Shown here: positions 9,012-18,485 of the stretch, piece after piece
Layout of the letters: every line of letters begins with the position of its first letter
Numbering within the stretch: position 1 is the stretch's first letter
Assembly: GCA_963749705.1 (NCBI GenBank)
Contig: CAVVNQ010000015.1
Span: forward strand, 160,001 to 224,000
Reading direction: 5' to 3'
DNA length: 64,000 bases
Source: an uncultured Chloroflexia bacterium
GTDB lineage: Bacteria; Chloroflexota; Limnocylindria; Limnocylindrales; CSP1-4
Notes under the pieces: generated by a model
The model's input: the letters and a program-made list of their open reading frames with translations, nothing else
Database searches by the model: none
Told to the model about the DNA's origin: nothing
Position numbers and translations under genes: made by a program

Positions 9012-10241
9012 GTGGAACGGGAAGCGGTTCTCGTCGGCATCGACGTCGGCACGTCCAAGGTCTGCGCGCTGATCGGCGAGATCAGCCGGGATGGCCGCCT
9101 GACGATCATGGGCCACGGCACCGTGCCGTCGTCCGGCCTCAAGAAGGGCGTCGTCGTCAACATCGACCAGACCGTGCGGTCCATCGCCGACGCGGTCGAG
9201 CGATCGGAGCGCCTGTCGGGCTGGAAGATCGACCGCGCGTTCGTGGGCGTCGGCGGCGGCAACGTCGAGAGCCTCAACTCGACGGGTCAGGTGGCGGTCA
9301 CCGCCCACCATCGCGAGGTCACCCGCGAGGACATCAACCGCGCGATCGAGGTCGCCCGTGCGGTCTCGATCCCGTCCAATCGCGAGGTCCTGCACGTCCA
9401 GCGCCGCGACTTCACCGTCGACGGCCAGGAGGGGGTCAAGGACCCGCTCGGCATGAGTGCCCTGCGGCTCGAGGTCGAGGCCCACATCGTGTCCGCCTCC
9501 GCGACGGCGGTCCAGAACCTGAGCAAGTGCGTCCAGGCGGCCGGCGTGAAGATCGACGAGCTCGTCGTCGACGCCCTGGCATCGGCGGAGGCCGTCCTGA
9601 CCGAGACCGAGAAGGAGCTGGGCGTCGCGGTCGCGGACATCGGGGCGGGCACCATCGACCTCGCCCTGTTCGCGGACGGCTCGCCGCTCCACACCTCGGT
9701 GCTGCCCGTCGGTGGCAACAACGTGACCAACGACATCGCGATCGGGATCAAGACCACGCTCCAGATCGCGGAGGAGCTCAAGATCCGTCACGGCACCTGC
9801 GACCTGCGGGAGCTCGAGGACGAGCAGATCGGGGTCTCCGTCCTCGGCGAGGAGGCGGGCCGGACGATCAGCCGCGAGGAGCTGTGCCGGATCATCGAGG
9901 CGCGGATGCGCGAGACGTTCGAGCTGCTGCACGCGGAGATGACCCGCAGCGGTCACGGCATGCTTCCGGCCGGCATCATCCTCACCGGTGGCGGCGCCCA
10001 GCTCGCGGGCACCGCCGAGCTCGGCCGCGACGTGCTCCAGATGCCCGTTCGCGTGGCGGGTCCGTCGGGGATCGGCGGGCTCGTCGACACGATCCAGGAT
10101 CCTTCATACGCGACCGCCGTGGGGCTCCTTCGCTGGGGCGCGGCGACGCTGACGATGGACGAGCCCGCGCGCTACGAGTCGGCCCCCGGCGGGGGCGGGC
10201 TGGGCCGGATCCGGGACGCGATCCGCAGCATCTTCCCGTAG
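9012..10241 (+). CDS. ftsA: cell division protein FtsA
   Basis: GIDVGTSKV, GLKKGVVVNI, DIGAGT, VGGNNVTNDIA and LTGGGA motifs; C-terminal amphipathic helix. Confidence 0.97.
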   Translation: MEREAVLVGIDVGTSKVCALIGEISRDGRLTIMGHGTVPSSGLKKGVVVNIDQTVRSIADAVERSERLSGWKIDRAFVGVGGGNVESLNSTGQVAVTAHHREVTREDINRAIEVARAVSIPSNREVLHVQRRDFTVDGQEGVKDPLGMSALRLEVEAHIVSASATAVQNLSKCVQAAGVKIDELVVDALASAEAVLTETEKELGVAVADIGAGTIDLALFADGSPLHTSVLPVGGNNVTNDIAIGIKTTLQIAEELKIRHGTCDLRELEDEQIGVSVLGEEAGRTISREELCRIIEARMRETFELLHAEMTRSGHGMLPAGIILTGGGAQLAGTAELGRDVLQMPVRVAGPSGIGGLVDTIQDPSYATAVGLLRWGAATLTMDEPARYESAPGGGGLGRIRDAIRSIFP

Positions 10242-10251
10242 GCCGGGCGCG

Positions 10252-10665
10252 ATGCGCACGGTCGAGCTCGAGGTCCGGACCGGGCGGGACCGGGGCCTCA
10301 CGGATCTGACCCCGGCGTGCGCCCGGTTCGCCGCCGATGCCTCGGACGGCGCCGACGGGCTGCTGTCGGTGTTCGTGCCCCATGCCACGGCCGGTCTGGT
10401 GATCCTCGAGCTCGGGGCCGGGTCCGAGGAGGACGCGATGCGCGCGCTCGACCGGCTGCTGCCTCGAGACGACCGCTGGACGCACCGCCACGGGTCGCCG
10501 GGTCACGGGGCCGACCACGTCCTGCCGCTGCTGGCGGCGCCGTCGCTGACCATCCCGGTGATCGCGGGCTCGCTCGCGCTGGGGACGTGGCAGTCCGTCG
10601 CGTTGCTGGACCCCAACGCCGACAACGCGACGCGGCACGTGCGGCTGAGCTTCATCGGCGGGTAG
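10252..10665 (+). CDS. yjbQ: YjbQ/UPF0047 family protein
   Basis: VPHATAGL, H.HGSPGHGADH and LGTWQ signature motifs. Confidence 0.9.
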   Translation: MRTVELEVRTGRDRGLTDLTPACARFAADASDGADGLLSVFVPHATAGLVILELGAGSEEDAMRALDRLLPRDDRWTHRHGSPGHGADHVLPLLAAPSLTIPVIAGSLALGTWQSVALLDPNADNATRHVRLSFIGG

Positions 10666-10761
10666 AGCGGCGACGTTCGCTCGCCGTTCGGGGCGTGGCC
10701 GCCGGACGGTAGACCGGCCCGATCGCGGGAAGTCCGTGGCTCACGCGGGCACATCCGCGGG

Positions 10762-10767
10762 TATACT
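10762..10767 (+). promoter_or_regulatory. putative sigma70 -10 box for ftsZ
   Basis: TATACT in the yjbQ-ftsZ gap; AGGAG SD sits just before the ftsZ ATG. Confidence 0.55.
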
Positions 10768-10878
10768 CCGGCCAAGCCCGAGGGACCCGAAGCGGCGCCG
10801 GAAACCGGGACCGGCACCACGGGGACGAGCGGTAACCCGTCCTGTCGCCATACCCCGCGCCACCTAGGAGAGCGCCCG

Positions 10879-12117
10879 ATGCCGCTGCGTTCGGATTCCG
10901 AGAACTTCGCCCTCATCCGCGTCATCGGTGTCGGTGGCGGCGGGAGCAACGCCGTGAACCGGATGATCCGGGCCGAGATGATGGGCGTGGAGTTCATCGC
11001 CTGCAACACGGATGCGCAGGCGCTGCTCCAGTCGGACGCCCCGCACAAGATCCGGATCGGCGACAAGATCACCCGCGGCCTGGGGGCCGGCGGCGACGCG
11101 GCGATCGGGCAGCGGGCGGCGGAGGAGGATCGCGACAAGATCGCCGAAGCCATCGCGGACTCCGACATGGTGTTCATCACCGCGGGCCTGGGCGGCGGGA
11201 CCGGATCGGGTGCCGCACCCGTGGTCGCCGAGATCGCCAAGGAGCAGGGAGCGCTCACGATCGGCGTCGTCACCAAGCCGTTCAGCTTCGAGGGCAGCCG
11301 GCGCAAGCTCGTTGCGGAGCGGGCCGCCGAGGAGCTCAAGGCCAAGGTCGACACCCTGATCACGATCCCCAACGATCGCCTGCGCGACGTGGTCCAGAAG
11401 AACACCTCGATCGTCGACGCGTTCCGCGTCGTCGATGACGTGCTGCGCCAGGGCGTGGCTGGGATCAGCGACATCATCACCGTGCCCGGGCTGATCAACC
11501 TCGACTTCGCCGACGTGCGGGCGATCATGAAGGATGCCGGCTCGGCCCTGATGGGCATCGGCCGCGCCGCGGGCGAGAACCGGGCGCTCGAGGCCGCGCG
11601 CGAAGCGGTGGCCAGCCCGCTGCTCGAGATCAACATCGCCGGCGCGCAGGGCATCCTGTTCAACATCACCGGGTCCTCGAACCTCACCCTGTGGGAGGTC
11701 ACCGAGGCTGCCGAGGAGATCCGGGCCGCCGCGGACCCGGAGGCCAACATCATCTTCGGCACCAGCTTCAACGAGCGCCTGGGCGAAGAGGTGATGATCA
11801 CGGTCATCGCAACCGGCTTCGACGGGCGCCGTCGCCCGGAGGGCGCACGCGCCGCCGCGTCCGAGCGGACGACGTCGGCGGTCGGCGTGCGTTCGGCACC
11901 GGCCGCCGCCGCGGGCGCGACCATCCCGTCGAGGGACTACCTCGAGGATCTCGAGCGCCAGCGGACCGAGACCGACGATCGCCCGCCGGCGCCGACCCGC
12001 GACGAGGGCCTGGCCGCGCTGGTCCGCCCCGAGCGGACCGTCGGCGACCAGCCGGCGCGCCGTCCCTCGTACGACGCGGAGGATCTCGAGATCCCGAGCT
12101 TCCTGCGCCGGCGCTGA
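10879..12117 (+). CDS. ftsZ: cell division protein FtsZ
   Basis: [24 protein letters not shown] and NLDFADV motifs; C-terminal LEIPSFLRR. Confidence 0.98.
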   Translation: MPLRSDSENFALIRVIGVGGGGSNAVNRMIRAEMMGVEFIACNTDAQALLQSDAPHKIRIGDKITRGLGAGGDAAIGQRAAEEDRDKIAEAIADSDMVFITAGLGGGTGSGAAPVVAEIAKEQGALTIGVVTKPFSFEGSRRKLVAERAAEELKAKVDTLITIPNDRLRDVVQKNTSIVDAFRVVDDVLRQGVAGISDIITVPGLINLDFADVRAIMKDAGSALMGIGRAAGENRALEAAREAVASPLLEINIAGAQGILFNITGSSNLTLWEVTEAAEEIRAAADPEANIIFGTSFNERLGEEVMITVIATGFDGRRRPEGARAAASERTTSAVGVRSAPAAAAGATIPSRDYLEDLERQRTETDDRPPAPTRDEGLAALVRPERTVGDQPARRPSYDAEDLEIPSFLRRR

Positions 12118-12142
12118 ACCCACGCCGGCCGCAGCCGCGGCC

Positions 12143-12883
12143 GTGATGCACGAGGCGGACGATCCCCGCGAGGTCGAGGCGTTCGCGCGCGCCCGGGCGG
12201 CGGTCGAGGCGCGGATCGACGCCGCCGCGAAGCGGGCCGGCCGCGATCCGGCTTCGGTCCGGCTGGTCGCCGTGTCCAAGACCGTCCCGGCCGCGCGGGT
12301 TCGGGCGGCCGTGGCCGCCGGCCTCGATGTCCTGGGTGAGAACCGGGTCCAGGAGGCGGCCGCCAAGATCCCCGACGTTCCGGGGGCGTCGTGGCACCTG
12401 GTCGGGCCGCTCCAGGGGAACAAGGCCCGCCGAGCCGTCCAGCTGTTCGACGTGATCCAGTCGCTCGACGGTCTCGACCTCGCCCGGAGGCTCGACCGTC
12501 TCGCGGGGGAGATGCGCCCCGGCAGGCCACTGCCCGTGCTGCTCCAGGTCAACGTCGCCGGAGACGTCGCGAAGGCCGGGTTCAGCCCGGCCGGGGTGGC
12601 CGAGGCCCTGCCGGCATTGTCGGGTCTCGCCAACCTGCGTCTCGACGGCCTGATGACCATCGGTCGCCTGGTCACCGATCCGCAGGACGCCCGACCCACG
12701 TTCGTCGCCCTCCGGACGCTGTCGGACCGCCTGCGCTCGGAGTCGCCGGCGCTCGGGCCGGCCCTGTCGATGGGCATGAGCGATGACTTCGAGGTTGCCG
12801 TCGAGGAGGGTGCCACGATCGTCCGGGTCGGGCGCGCCCTGTTCGGTGATCGTCCACCGGCCGGTGCCGGCACCGGCGGGTGA
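12143..12883 (+). CDS. yggS: PLP homeostasis protein YggS/YlmE
   Basis: LVAVSKT, GENRVQE, LQGNK and LSMGMSDDF..AVEEGATIVRVG motifs. Confidence 0.95.
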   Translation: MMHEADDPREVEAFARARAAVEARIDAAAKRAGRDPASVRLVAVSKTVPAARVRAAVAAGLDVLGENRVQEAAAKIPDVPGASWHLVGPLQGNKARRAVQLFDVIQSLDGLDLARRLDRLAGEMRPGRPLPVLLQVNVAGDVAKAGFSPAGVAEALPALSGLANLRLDGLMTIGRLVTDPQDARPTFVALRTLSDRLRSESPALGPALSMGMSDDFEVAVEEGATIVRVGRALFGDRPPAGAGTGG

Positions 12884-12934
12884 GGCCCGCGGTGACGAGC
12901 CGCGATGCCCGGCTACCGCTGCTAGATTCGCCGC

Positions 12935-13180
12935 ATGGCCCTGTTCATCCGGACGTTCCTGGGTCTGCTGCTCGCGACCCTGTGGCTGCTCGTGCTCGGC
13001 CGGATCCTCATCAGCTGGGTCGACCCGGCGGGTCGGACGCAGGTTGGCGCGTTCCTGATCCGGGCCACCGAGCCCATCCTGGCCCCGGTTCGCCGGGCGC
13101 TGCCCCCGGCGGGCATGTTCGACTTCTCGAGCCTGCTCGTGCTGCTCGTCCTGGGCGCCCTGTGGCGCGCGATCCTGTAG
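12935..13180 (+). CDS. yggT: YggT/YlmG family membrane protein
   Basis: RILISW..P, TEPILAPVRR and FDFS pattern; TAGATT 6 nt upstream (leaderless). Confidence 0.92.
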   Translation: MALFIRTFLGLLLATLWLLVLGRILISWVDPAGRTQVGAFLIRATEPILAPVRRALPPAGMFDFSSLLVLLVLGALWRAIL

Positions 13181-13185
13181 CCCGG

Positions 13186-13467
13186 ATGCCGTCCGCGGAC
13201 GTCCGGTTCGCGGTGCGGCTGACGCCCCGGGGCGGAGCGGATCGCGTCGAGGGCGTGGTCGATGGCGTGCTTCGCGCCCGGGTCGCGGCCCCCGCCGTCG
13301 ACGGCGCGGCGAACGAGGCGCTGCTGCGGCTGCTCGCCCGGGAGCTCGACCTGCCGCGCGCGGACGTCCGGATCGTGGCCGGCGCCACCGCGCGTCGCAA
13401 GATCGTGGCGGTGGCCGGCATCGCCGCCGACCGCCTGCGGCATCGCTGGCCCGGCCTGGCCGGCTGA
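13186..13467 (+). CDS. yggU: DUF167/YggU family protein
   Basis: VRLTPRG, RVAAPAVDGAANEAL and GATARRK motifs; follows yggT. Confidence 0.9.
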   Translation: MPSADVRFAVRLTPRGGADRVEGVVDGVLRARVAAPAVDGAANEALLRLLARELDLPRADVRIVAGATARRKIVAVAGIAADRLRHRWPGLAG

Positions 13468-13529
13468 CTCGCCGCGCAGCCGCGCGAGCGGTCCGCCGGC
13501 GGTAGAATGCTGGTCCCTTGGGGCCCTCC

Positions 13530-13606
<77 letters not shown>

Positions 13607-13804
13607 CCGATCCGGCCCCGGTCGACCCTGGATCGCACGTCAGGATCCGGGTGCGCGCGCGTCACACCGCCGCATACCGGCCCGTCGCAACCGTGACGGA
13701 CTCCCCGCAACGCGGTCTCCTCCCCGCGGTTCGTGGAGCCTCGGCAGATGCGAAGCCTCCTGGACGATCCAGGAGGCTTCGTGCCGTGACAGCCCGGGCG
13801 AGCG

Positions 13805-16477
13805 CTACTCGGCCGCGAGGCGGCGGAGGACGGCGGGCAGGATCCCTCCCTGGCGGAGGTAGTCGACGTCGATCGGCCCATCGAGACGCGCGATCACCTC
13901 GAACCGCTGCTCGCGCCCGTCGTCGGACCGTGCGATGACGGTCACCACCTGGCGCGGCGACAGACCGGCAAGCCCGGCGATGGCATACGTCTCGCGTCCG
14001 GTCAGCCCCAGCGACGCCGCGCTGTCACCGGGCTGGAACTGGAGGGGAAGCACGCCCATCCCGACAAGGTTCGAACGGTGGATCCGCTCGTAGCTTTCGG
14101 CGATCACGGCTCGAACGCCCAGCAGCGCCGTGCCCTTGGCAGCCCAGTCCCGGGAGGATCCCGAGCCGTACTCGCGACCCGCGATCACGATCAGCGGCAC
14201 GCCCTCGTCGCGGTAGCGCATCGCGGCGTCGTAGATGAATGCCTCGTCGCCGTCGGGCAGGTGCACGGTGTACGGGCCTTCCCTGCCACCCGCCAGCTGG
14301 TTGCGCAGACGGATGTTGCCGAACGTGCCGCGCATCATCACCTCGTGGTGGCCGCGGCGAGCGCCGAACGAGTTGAAGTCGAGCGGCGCGACGCCATGCT
14401 CCTGGAGCCAGCGACCGGCCGGCGCCCAGGCCGGGATCGAGCCCGCCGGGCTGATGTGGTCGGTCGTCACCGAGTCGCCCAGCAGCGCGAGGACCCGCGC
14501 ACCCTCGATGTCGGCGAGCGGCGCCGGCTCCGCGGTCAGCCCCTCGAAGAACGGCGGGTTGGCGACGTAGGTCGAGTCCGCGTCCCACGCGTACCGGTCA
14601 CCGGTCGGGATCGGCAGCGCGCGCCAGCGATCGTCGCCATCGAACACCACGGCGTAGGTCTCGCGGAACAGCTCGGGATCGATGGACCGGCCGATCACCT
14701 CCCGGATCTCGTCCGGGCCCGGCCAGATCTCGGCCAGCATCACCGGGCGACCGTCGCTGCCGGTGCCCAGCGGCTCGGTCGTGAGGTCGACGTCGACCCG
14801 CCCGGCGAGCGCGAACGCGACGACCAGCGGCGGCGAGGCGAGGTACGAGGCGCGTACCAGCGGATGGATCCGGCCCTCGAAGTTGCGATTGCCCGAGAGC
14901 ACGGCGGCCACCACGAGCTCATCGCCCTCGACCGCTGATGCCACGGCGGTGTCGAGCGGTCCGGAGTTGCCGATGCACGTCGTGCAGCCGTACCCGGCGA
15001 GGGCGAACCCGAGGTCCGCGAGCGGCGCCATCAGCCCGGCGCGCTCGAGATAGCCCGTGACCGCCCTGGACCCCGGTGCGAGCGACGTCTTGACCGTGGG
15101 CGCCACGGTGAGCCCCCGCGCGACCGCGTTCCGCGCGAGCAGGCCCGCACCGACCATCACCGTCGGGTTCGAGGTGTTGGTGCAGGACGTGATGGCCGCG
15201 ATCGCAACCGAGCCGTGGCCGAGCGTCGCGGTTCGGCCGTCCGCCTCGATCTGCCTCGGCGCGACGCCGACGGTGTCCGGATAGGCGGCCCGGAAGTTGT
15301 CGCCGAGTCCGGCAAGCGGGACGCGATCCTGCGGGCGGCGGGGGCCCGCAAGCGATGGCTCGACGGTGGCCAGGTCCAGCTCCAGCAGGGCGTCGAACTC
15401 GGGCCCGTCGCCCGGCTCGCGCCACAGGCCCTGCGCCTTGGCATATCGCTCGACGAGCTCCACGCGCTCCTCGGAGCGGCCCGTGAGCCGCAGGTAGCGG
15501 AGCGTCTCGTCGTCGATCGGGAACAGCGTTGACGTCGCCCCGAACTCGGGGCTCATGTTGGAGATGGTCGCGCGATCCGCGAGCGCGAGCCCGGCGAGCC
15601 CGTCGCCGGCGAACTCCACGAACGCCCCCACGACGCCGAACGAGCGCAGCATCTGGGTGATGGTCAGCACCAGGTCGGTCGCCGTGGCGGCCGTGGGCAG
15701 CTGACCCGTCAGCCGCACGCCGACGATCCGGGGCATCGGCAGGTACAGGGGCTGGCCCAGCAGCACCGCCTCGGCCTCGATCCCGCCGACGCCGTAGCCG
15801 AGCACGCCCAGCCCGTTGACCATCGTCGTGTGCGAGTCGGTCCCCACCAGCGTGTCCGGGAACGCGACGCGGCCCGCCTCATCCTCGCGATCGGCGACCA
15901 CCGTGGCCAGGAACTCGAGGTTGACCTGGTGGATGATCCCGGTCCCGGGAGGCACGACGCGCAGGTCGCGGAACGCGGTCTGGGCCCATCGCAGGAGCTG
16001 GTATCGCTCCCCGTTGCGCTCGTACTCGCGCTCGACGTTGAGGGCGAACGCGCCGGCCCCGCCCCAGGCGTCGACCTGGACCGAGTGGTCGATGATCAGG
16101 TCGGCTGGCACCAGCGGGTTCACGCGGGCCGGATCGCCGCCCAGCGCCGCCATGGCGTCACGCATCGCCGCGAGATCGACGACGGCCGGGACACCGGTGA
16201 AGTCCTGGAGGACGACCCGGGCGGGCATGAACGGGATCTCGGCCTCGCCGGCCCCGCCCGGGCGCCACCCGGCGAGCGCGGCGACATCATCCTCGCGGAC
16301 GACGCCGCGTCCGCAGTTGCGCAGGGCGTTCTCGAGCAGGATCTTGAGGGTCACCGGCGCGCGGCCCGGGTCCACGCCGAGGGCGAGGCCGGAGGTGCCC
16401 AGGGCGGACAGCCGGTAGTGATCGGGGAGGCCGGCGCCGAGGGGGGCGCGCGAGCCGAACGTGTTGGTCGTGGGCAC
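13805..16477 (-). CDS. acnA: aconitate hydratase A (start GTG 16477 inferred; ORF opens at 16492)
   Basis: LQDFTGVP, IDHSVQVD, GTDSHT, AITSCTNTSNP, GYGCTTCIGNSG, TDHISP and GSSRDWAAKG motifs. Confidence 0.97.
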   Translation of the reverse strand: MPTTNTFGSRAPLGAGLPDHYRLSALGTSGLALGVDPGRAPVTLKILLENALRNCGRGVVREDDVAALAGWRPGGAGEAEIPFMPARVVLQDFTGVPAVVDLAAMRDAMAALGGDPARVNPLVPADLIIDHSVQVDAWGGAGAFALNVEREYERNGERYQLLRWAQTAFRDLRVVPPGTGIIHQVNLEFLATVVADREDEAGRVAFPDTLVGTDSHTTMVNGLGVLGYGVGGIEAEAVLLGQPLYLPMPRIVGVRLTGQLPTAATATDLVLTITQMLRSFGVVGAFVEFAGDGLAGLALADRATISNMSPEFGATSTLFPIDDETLRYLRLTGRSEERVELVERYAKAQGLWREPGDGPEFDALLELDLATVEPSLAGPRRPQDRVPLAGLGDNFRAAYPDTVGVAPRQIEADGRTATLGHGSVAIAAITSCTNTSNPTVMVGAGLLARNAVARGLTVAPTVKTSLAPGSRAVTGYLERAGLMAPLADLGFALAGYGCTTCIGNSGPLDTAVASAVEGDELVVAAVLSGNRNFEGRIHPLVRASYLASPPLVVAFALAGRVDVDLTTEPLGTGSDGRPVMLAEIWPGPDEIREVIGRSIDPELFRETYAVVFDGDDRWRALPIPTGDRYAWDADSTYVANPPFFEGLTAEPAPLADIEGARVLALLGDSVTTDHISPAGSIPAWAPAGRWLQEHGVAPLDFNSFGARRGHHEVMMRGTFGNIRLRNQLAGGREGPYTVHLPDGDEAFIYDAAMRYRDEGVPLIVIAGREYGSGSSRDWAAKGTALLGVRAVIAESYERIHRSNLVGMGVLPLQFQPGDSAASLGLTGRETYAIAGLAGLSPRQVVTVIARSDDGREQRFEVIARLDGPIDVDYLRQGGILPAVLRRLAAE

Positions 16478-16594
16478 GTGCTCAATCTCCACTGTGGGGA
16501 TCGGGCGATGAGGGTGCGCCCTCGGACCGCTCGCTTACACTCGTCGCGTGCAAGCCTACAACACCGGCGGCGTCCCGGTCAGCAAGCCAGATCG

Positions 16595-17668
16595 ATGAGA
16601 GCCTGGGACGAGACCGAGGGCGCCATCCGCCGCGCGGCCGAGCGCAGGGCGGCCGACCAGGACGAGGCGATGCACGAGCTCGGCGAGCGCGGGATCGACC
16701 TGGATCCCGCCCCCAGCCGTCATGGCGAGCCGACGCACCGCCACGGTGACCTGGAGCACGCGAGCGACCACACGCACCCGCACGCCCACTCGGGCCCCGG
16801 CGAGCGTCCGGTAACCGGGATCATCGGGGCAGGCGCGGTCGGGACGGCCCTGGGGATCGCGCTCGACCGGGCGGGATGGCCGATCCGCGCGGTCGCCTCG
16901 CGCGATGCGGGCCGGCGTGCCCGATTCCGGGAGCACGTGCCCGGGGCTCGCGGGTTCGCCGAGGCCACGGCCCTGGTGGACGATGTCGAGCTGGTGATCC
17001 TGGCAGTGCCCGATGACGTCGTCGCGGCGGTCGCGGCATCGCTGCGGCTGTATGCGGGCCAGGCGATGGTCCACACCAGCGGCCTGCTGGGCGCCGACGT
17101 CCTGGCGCCGGCGATGGCCGCGGGCACCCAGGTCGGCGCATTCCATCCGCTGGTCGCGTTCGCGGACCTCGAGCGCGCCCTGGCGGCGCTCCATGGCGCG
17201 ACGATCGCGATCGAGGGGGACGACGAGCTGGCCGCGCACCTGGCCGACATGGCGGATGCGATCGGTGGCGTCGCCGTCCGGATCCCGCCCGGAGCCAAGG
17301 CTGCGTACCACGCGGCGGCGGTGCTCTCGGCCGGCGGCGTGGTGGCGCTCATGGACACCATCCGCGGCGTCGCCGCGGCGCTGGGGCTGGACGAGGCGGG
17401 CACGATGCAGATCTATCTCCCGCTGCTCGAGCAGACGGTGGCCAACGCGCGCGCGCTGGGGATCGCGGCGGCCCTGACGGGCCCGGCCACGCGGGGGGAC
17501 GCGGGCACGATCGCCGCGCACCTCGAAGCGCTGCGTTCCGGGGCCCCGGACACGCTGCCCGTCTACCGGGCGCTGATGGAGCGATCGGTGGGGATCGCAA
17601 CCGGTCGTGGCTCGCTGTCACCGGAAGCCGCCGAACGGCTCCGGGTCGCACTTGCAGGGAACCCTTGA
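16595..17668 (+). CDS. Rossmann-like + DUF2520 oxidoreductase (ketopantoate reductase PanG-like) with His-rich N-terminus; start uncertain
   Basis: IIGAGAVG, LAVPDD, HTSG, FHPL, YHAAAV and LTGPATRGD motifs. Confidence 0.85.
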   Translation: MRAWDETEGAIRRAAERRAADQDEAMHELGERGIDLDPAPSRHGEPTHRHGDLEHASDHTHPHAHSGPGERPVTGIIGAGAVGTALGIALDRAGWPIRAVASRDAGRRARFREHVPGARGFAEATALVDDVELVILAVPDDVVAAVAASLRLYAGQAMVHTSGLLGADVLAPAMAAGTQVGAFHPLVAFADLERALAALHGATIAIEGDDELAAHLADMADAIGGVAVRIPPGAKAAYHAAAVLSAGGVVALMDTIRGVAAALGLDEAGTMQIYLPLLEQTVANARALGIAAALTGPATRGDAGTIAAHLEALRSGAPDTLPVYRALMERSVGIATGRGSLSPEAAERLRVALAGNP

Positions 17669-17685
17669 CGAGGTACGATGCGGAT

Positions 17686-18003
17686 ATGCAGCACAGCATC
17701 GCCGCGCGGCACGCGGCATGGCCGGCGCGCTTCGTCCATCCGTCGACCCGGGCCCGTGAACGACGTCTCGGCCTCCGCTCCGCGGCGGCGTTCGTGACCG
17801 CCCCGGCGCGTCGCACGGTGCTGCGTCGGCCCGATGTCGGACCGCTCACCGCGCTCCGTGCCCCGTGGCGCTCGCTGACCGTCGCGCCCCGACGCGTCGC
17901 GACCAGCGGTCGCCCGAAGCCGGCGACGTCGATGCTGTGGACCAGCTCGAGCCGGGCCGGGAGCCCGCACCGCCCGTCCGTGGCGCCCGCGTGGCCCGCC
18001 TGA
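17686..18003 (+). CDS. putative leaderless Arg-rich leader ORF (105 aa) overlapping the NUDIX start
   Basis: TACGAT followed 6 nt later by ATG; fills the gap before NUDIX; no recognisable domain. Confidence 0.35.
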   Translation: MQHSIAARHAAWPARFVHPSTRARERRLGLRSAAAFVTAPARRTVLRRPDVGPLTALRAPWRSLTVAPRRVATSGRPKPATSMLWTSSSRAGSPHRPSVAPAWPA

Positions 18004-18485
18004 AGCACGCCGTCGCCACCTCTGCCGGGGGCATCGTCATCCGCTTCCAGAACGGGACCCCGCAGCTTGTCGTGGGCCGTCGCCGCCGGGAGCGGGACGG
18101 CGTCACCTGGACGCTGCCCAAGGGCACGCCGATCCCCCGGGAGACGCGCGAGGAGACGGCCCTGCGCGAGGTCCGCGAGGAGACCGGCCTCCAGGTCCGG
18201 ATCGTCCGCCCCTTCGACTCCATCGAATACCGGTTCGTCCAGGGTGGCACGCGGATCCACAAGACCGTCCACTACTTCCTGATGGAGCCCACGGGTGGCG
18301 ATCTCGCCCGTCACGACCACGAGTTCGACGAGGTGCGCTGGATCGGTCTGGCCGACGCGCCGGAGACGCTGACCTTCGAGACGGAGCGCACGCTGGTCGC
18401 CCGTGCCGCCGAGGCCGTCGCTGCGGGCGAGTTCCCGGGCGATCCATCCCATGGCGATCCATCCGGTGGGGGCTCTGGCGCGTGA
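17991..18485 (+). CDS. NUDIX hydrolase
   Basis: SAGGIV and WTLPKG...ETALREVREETG Nudix box; start GTG inferred. Confidence 0.9.
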   Translation: MARLKHAVATSAGGIVIRFQNGTPQLVVGRRRRERDGVTWTLPKGTPIPRETREETALREVREETGLQVRIVRPFDSIEYRFVQGGTRIHKTVHYFLMEPTGGDLARHDHEFDEVRWIGLADAPETLTFETERTLVARAAEAVAAGEFPGDPSHGDPSGGGSGA

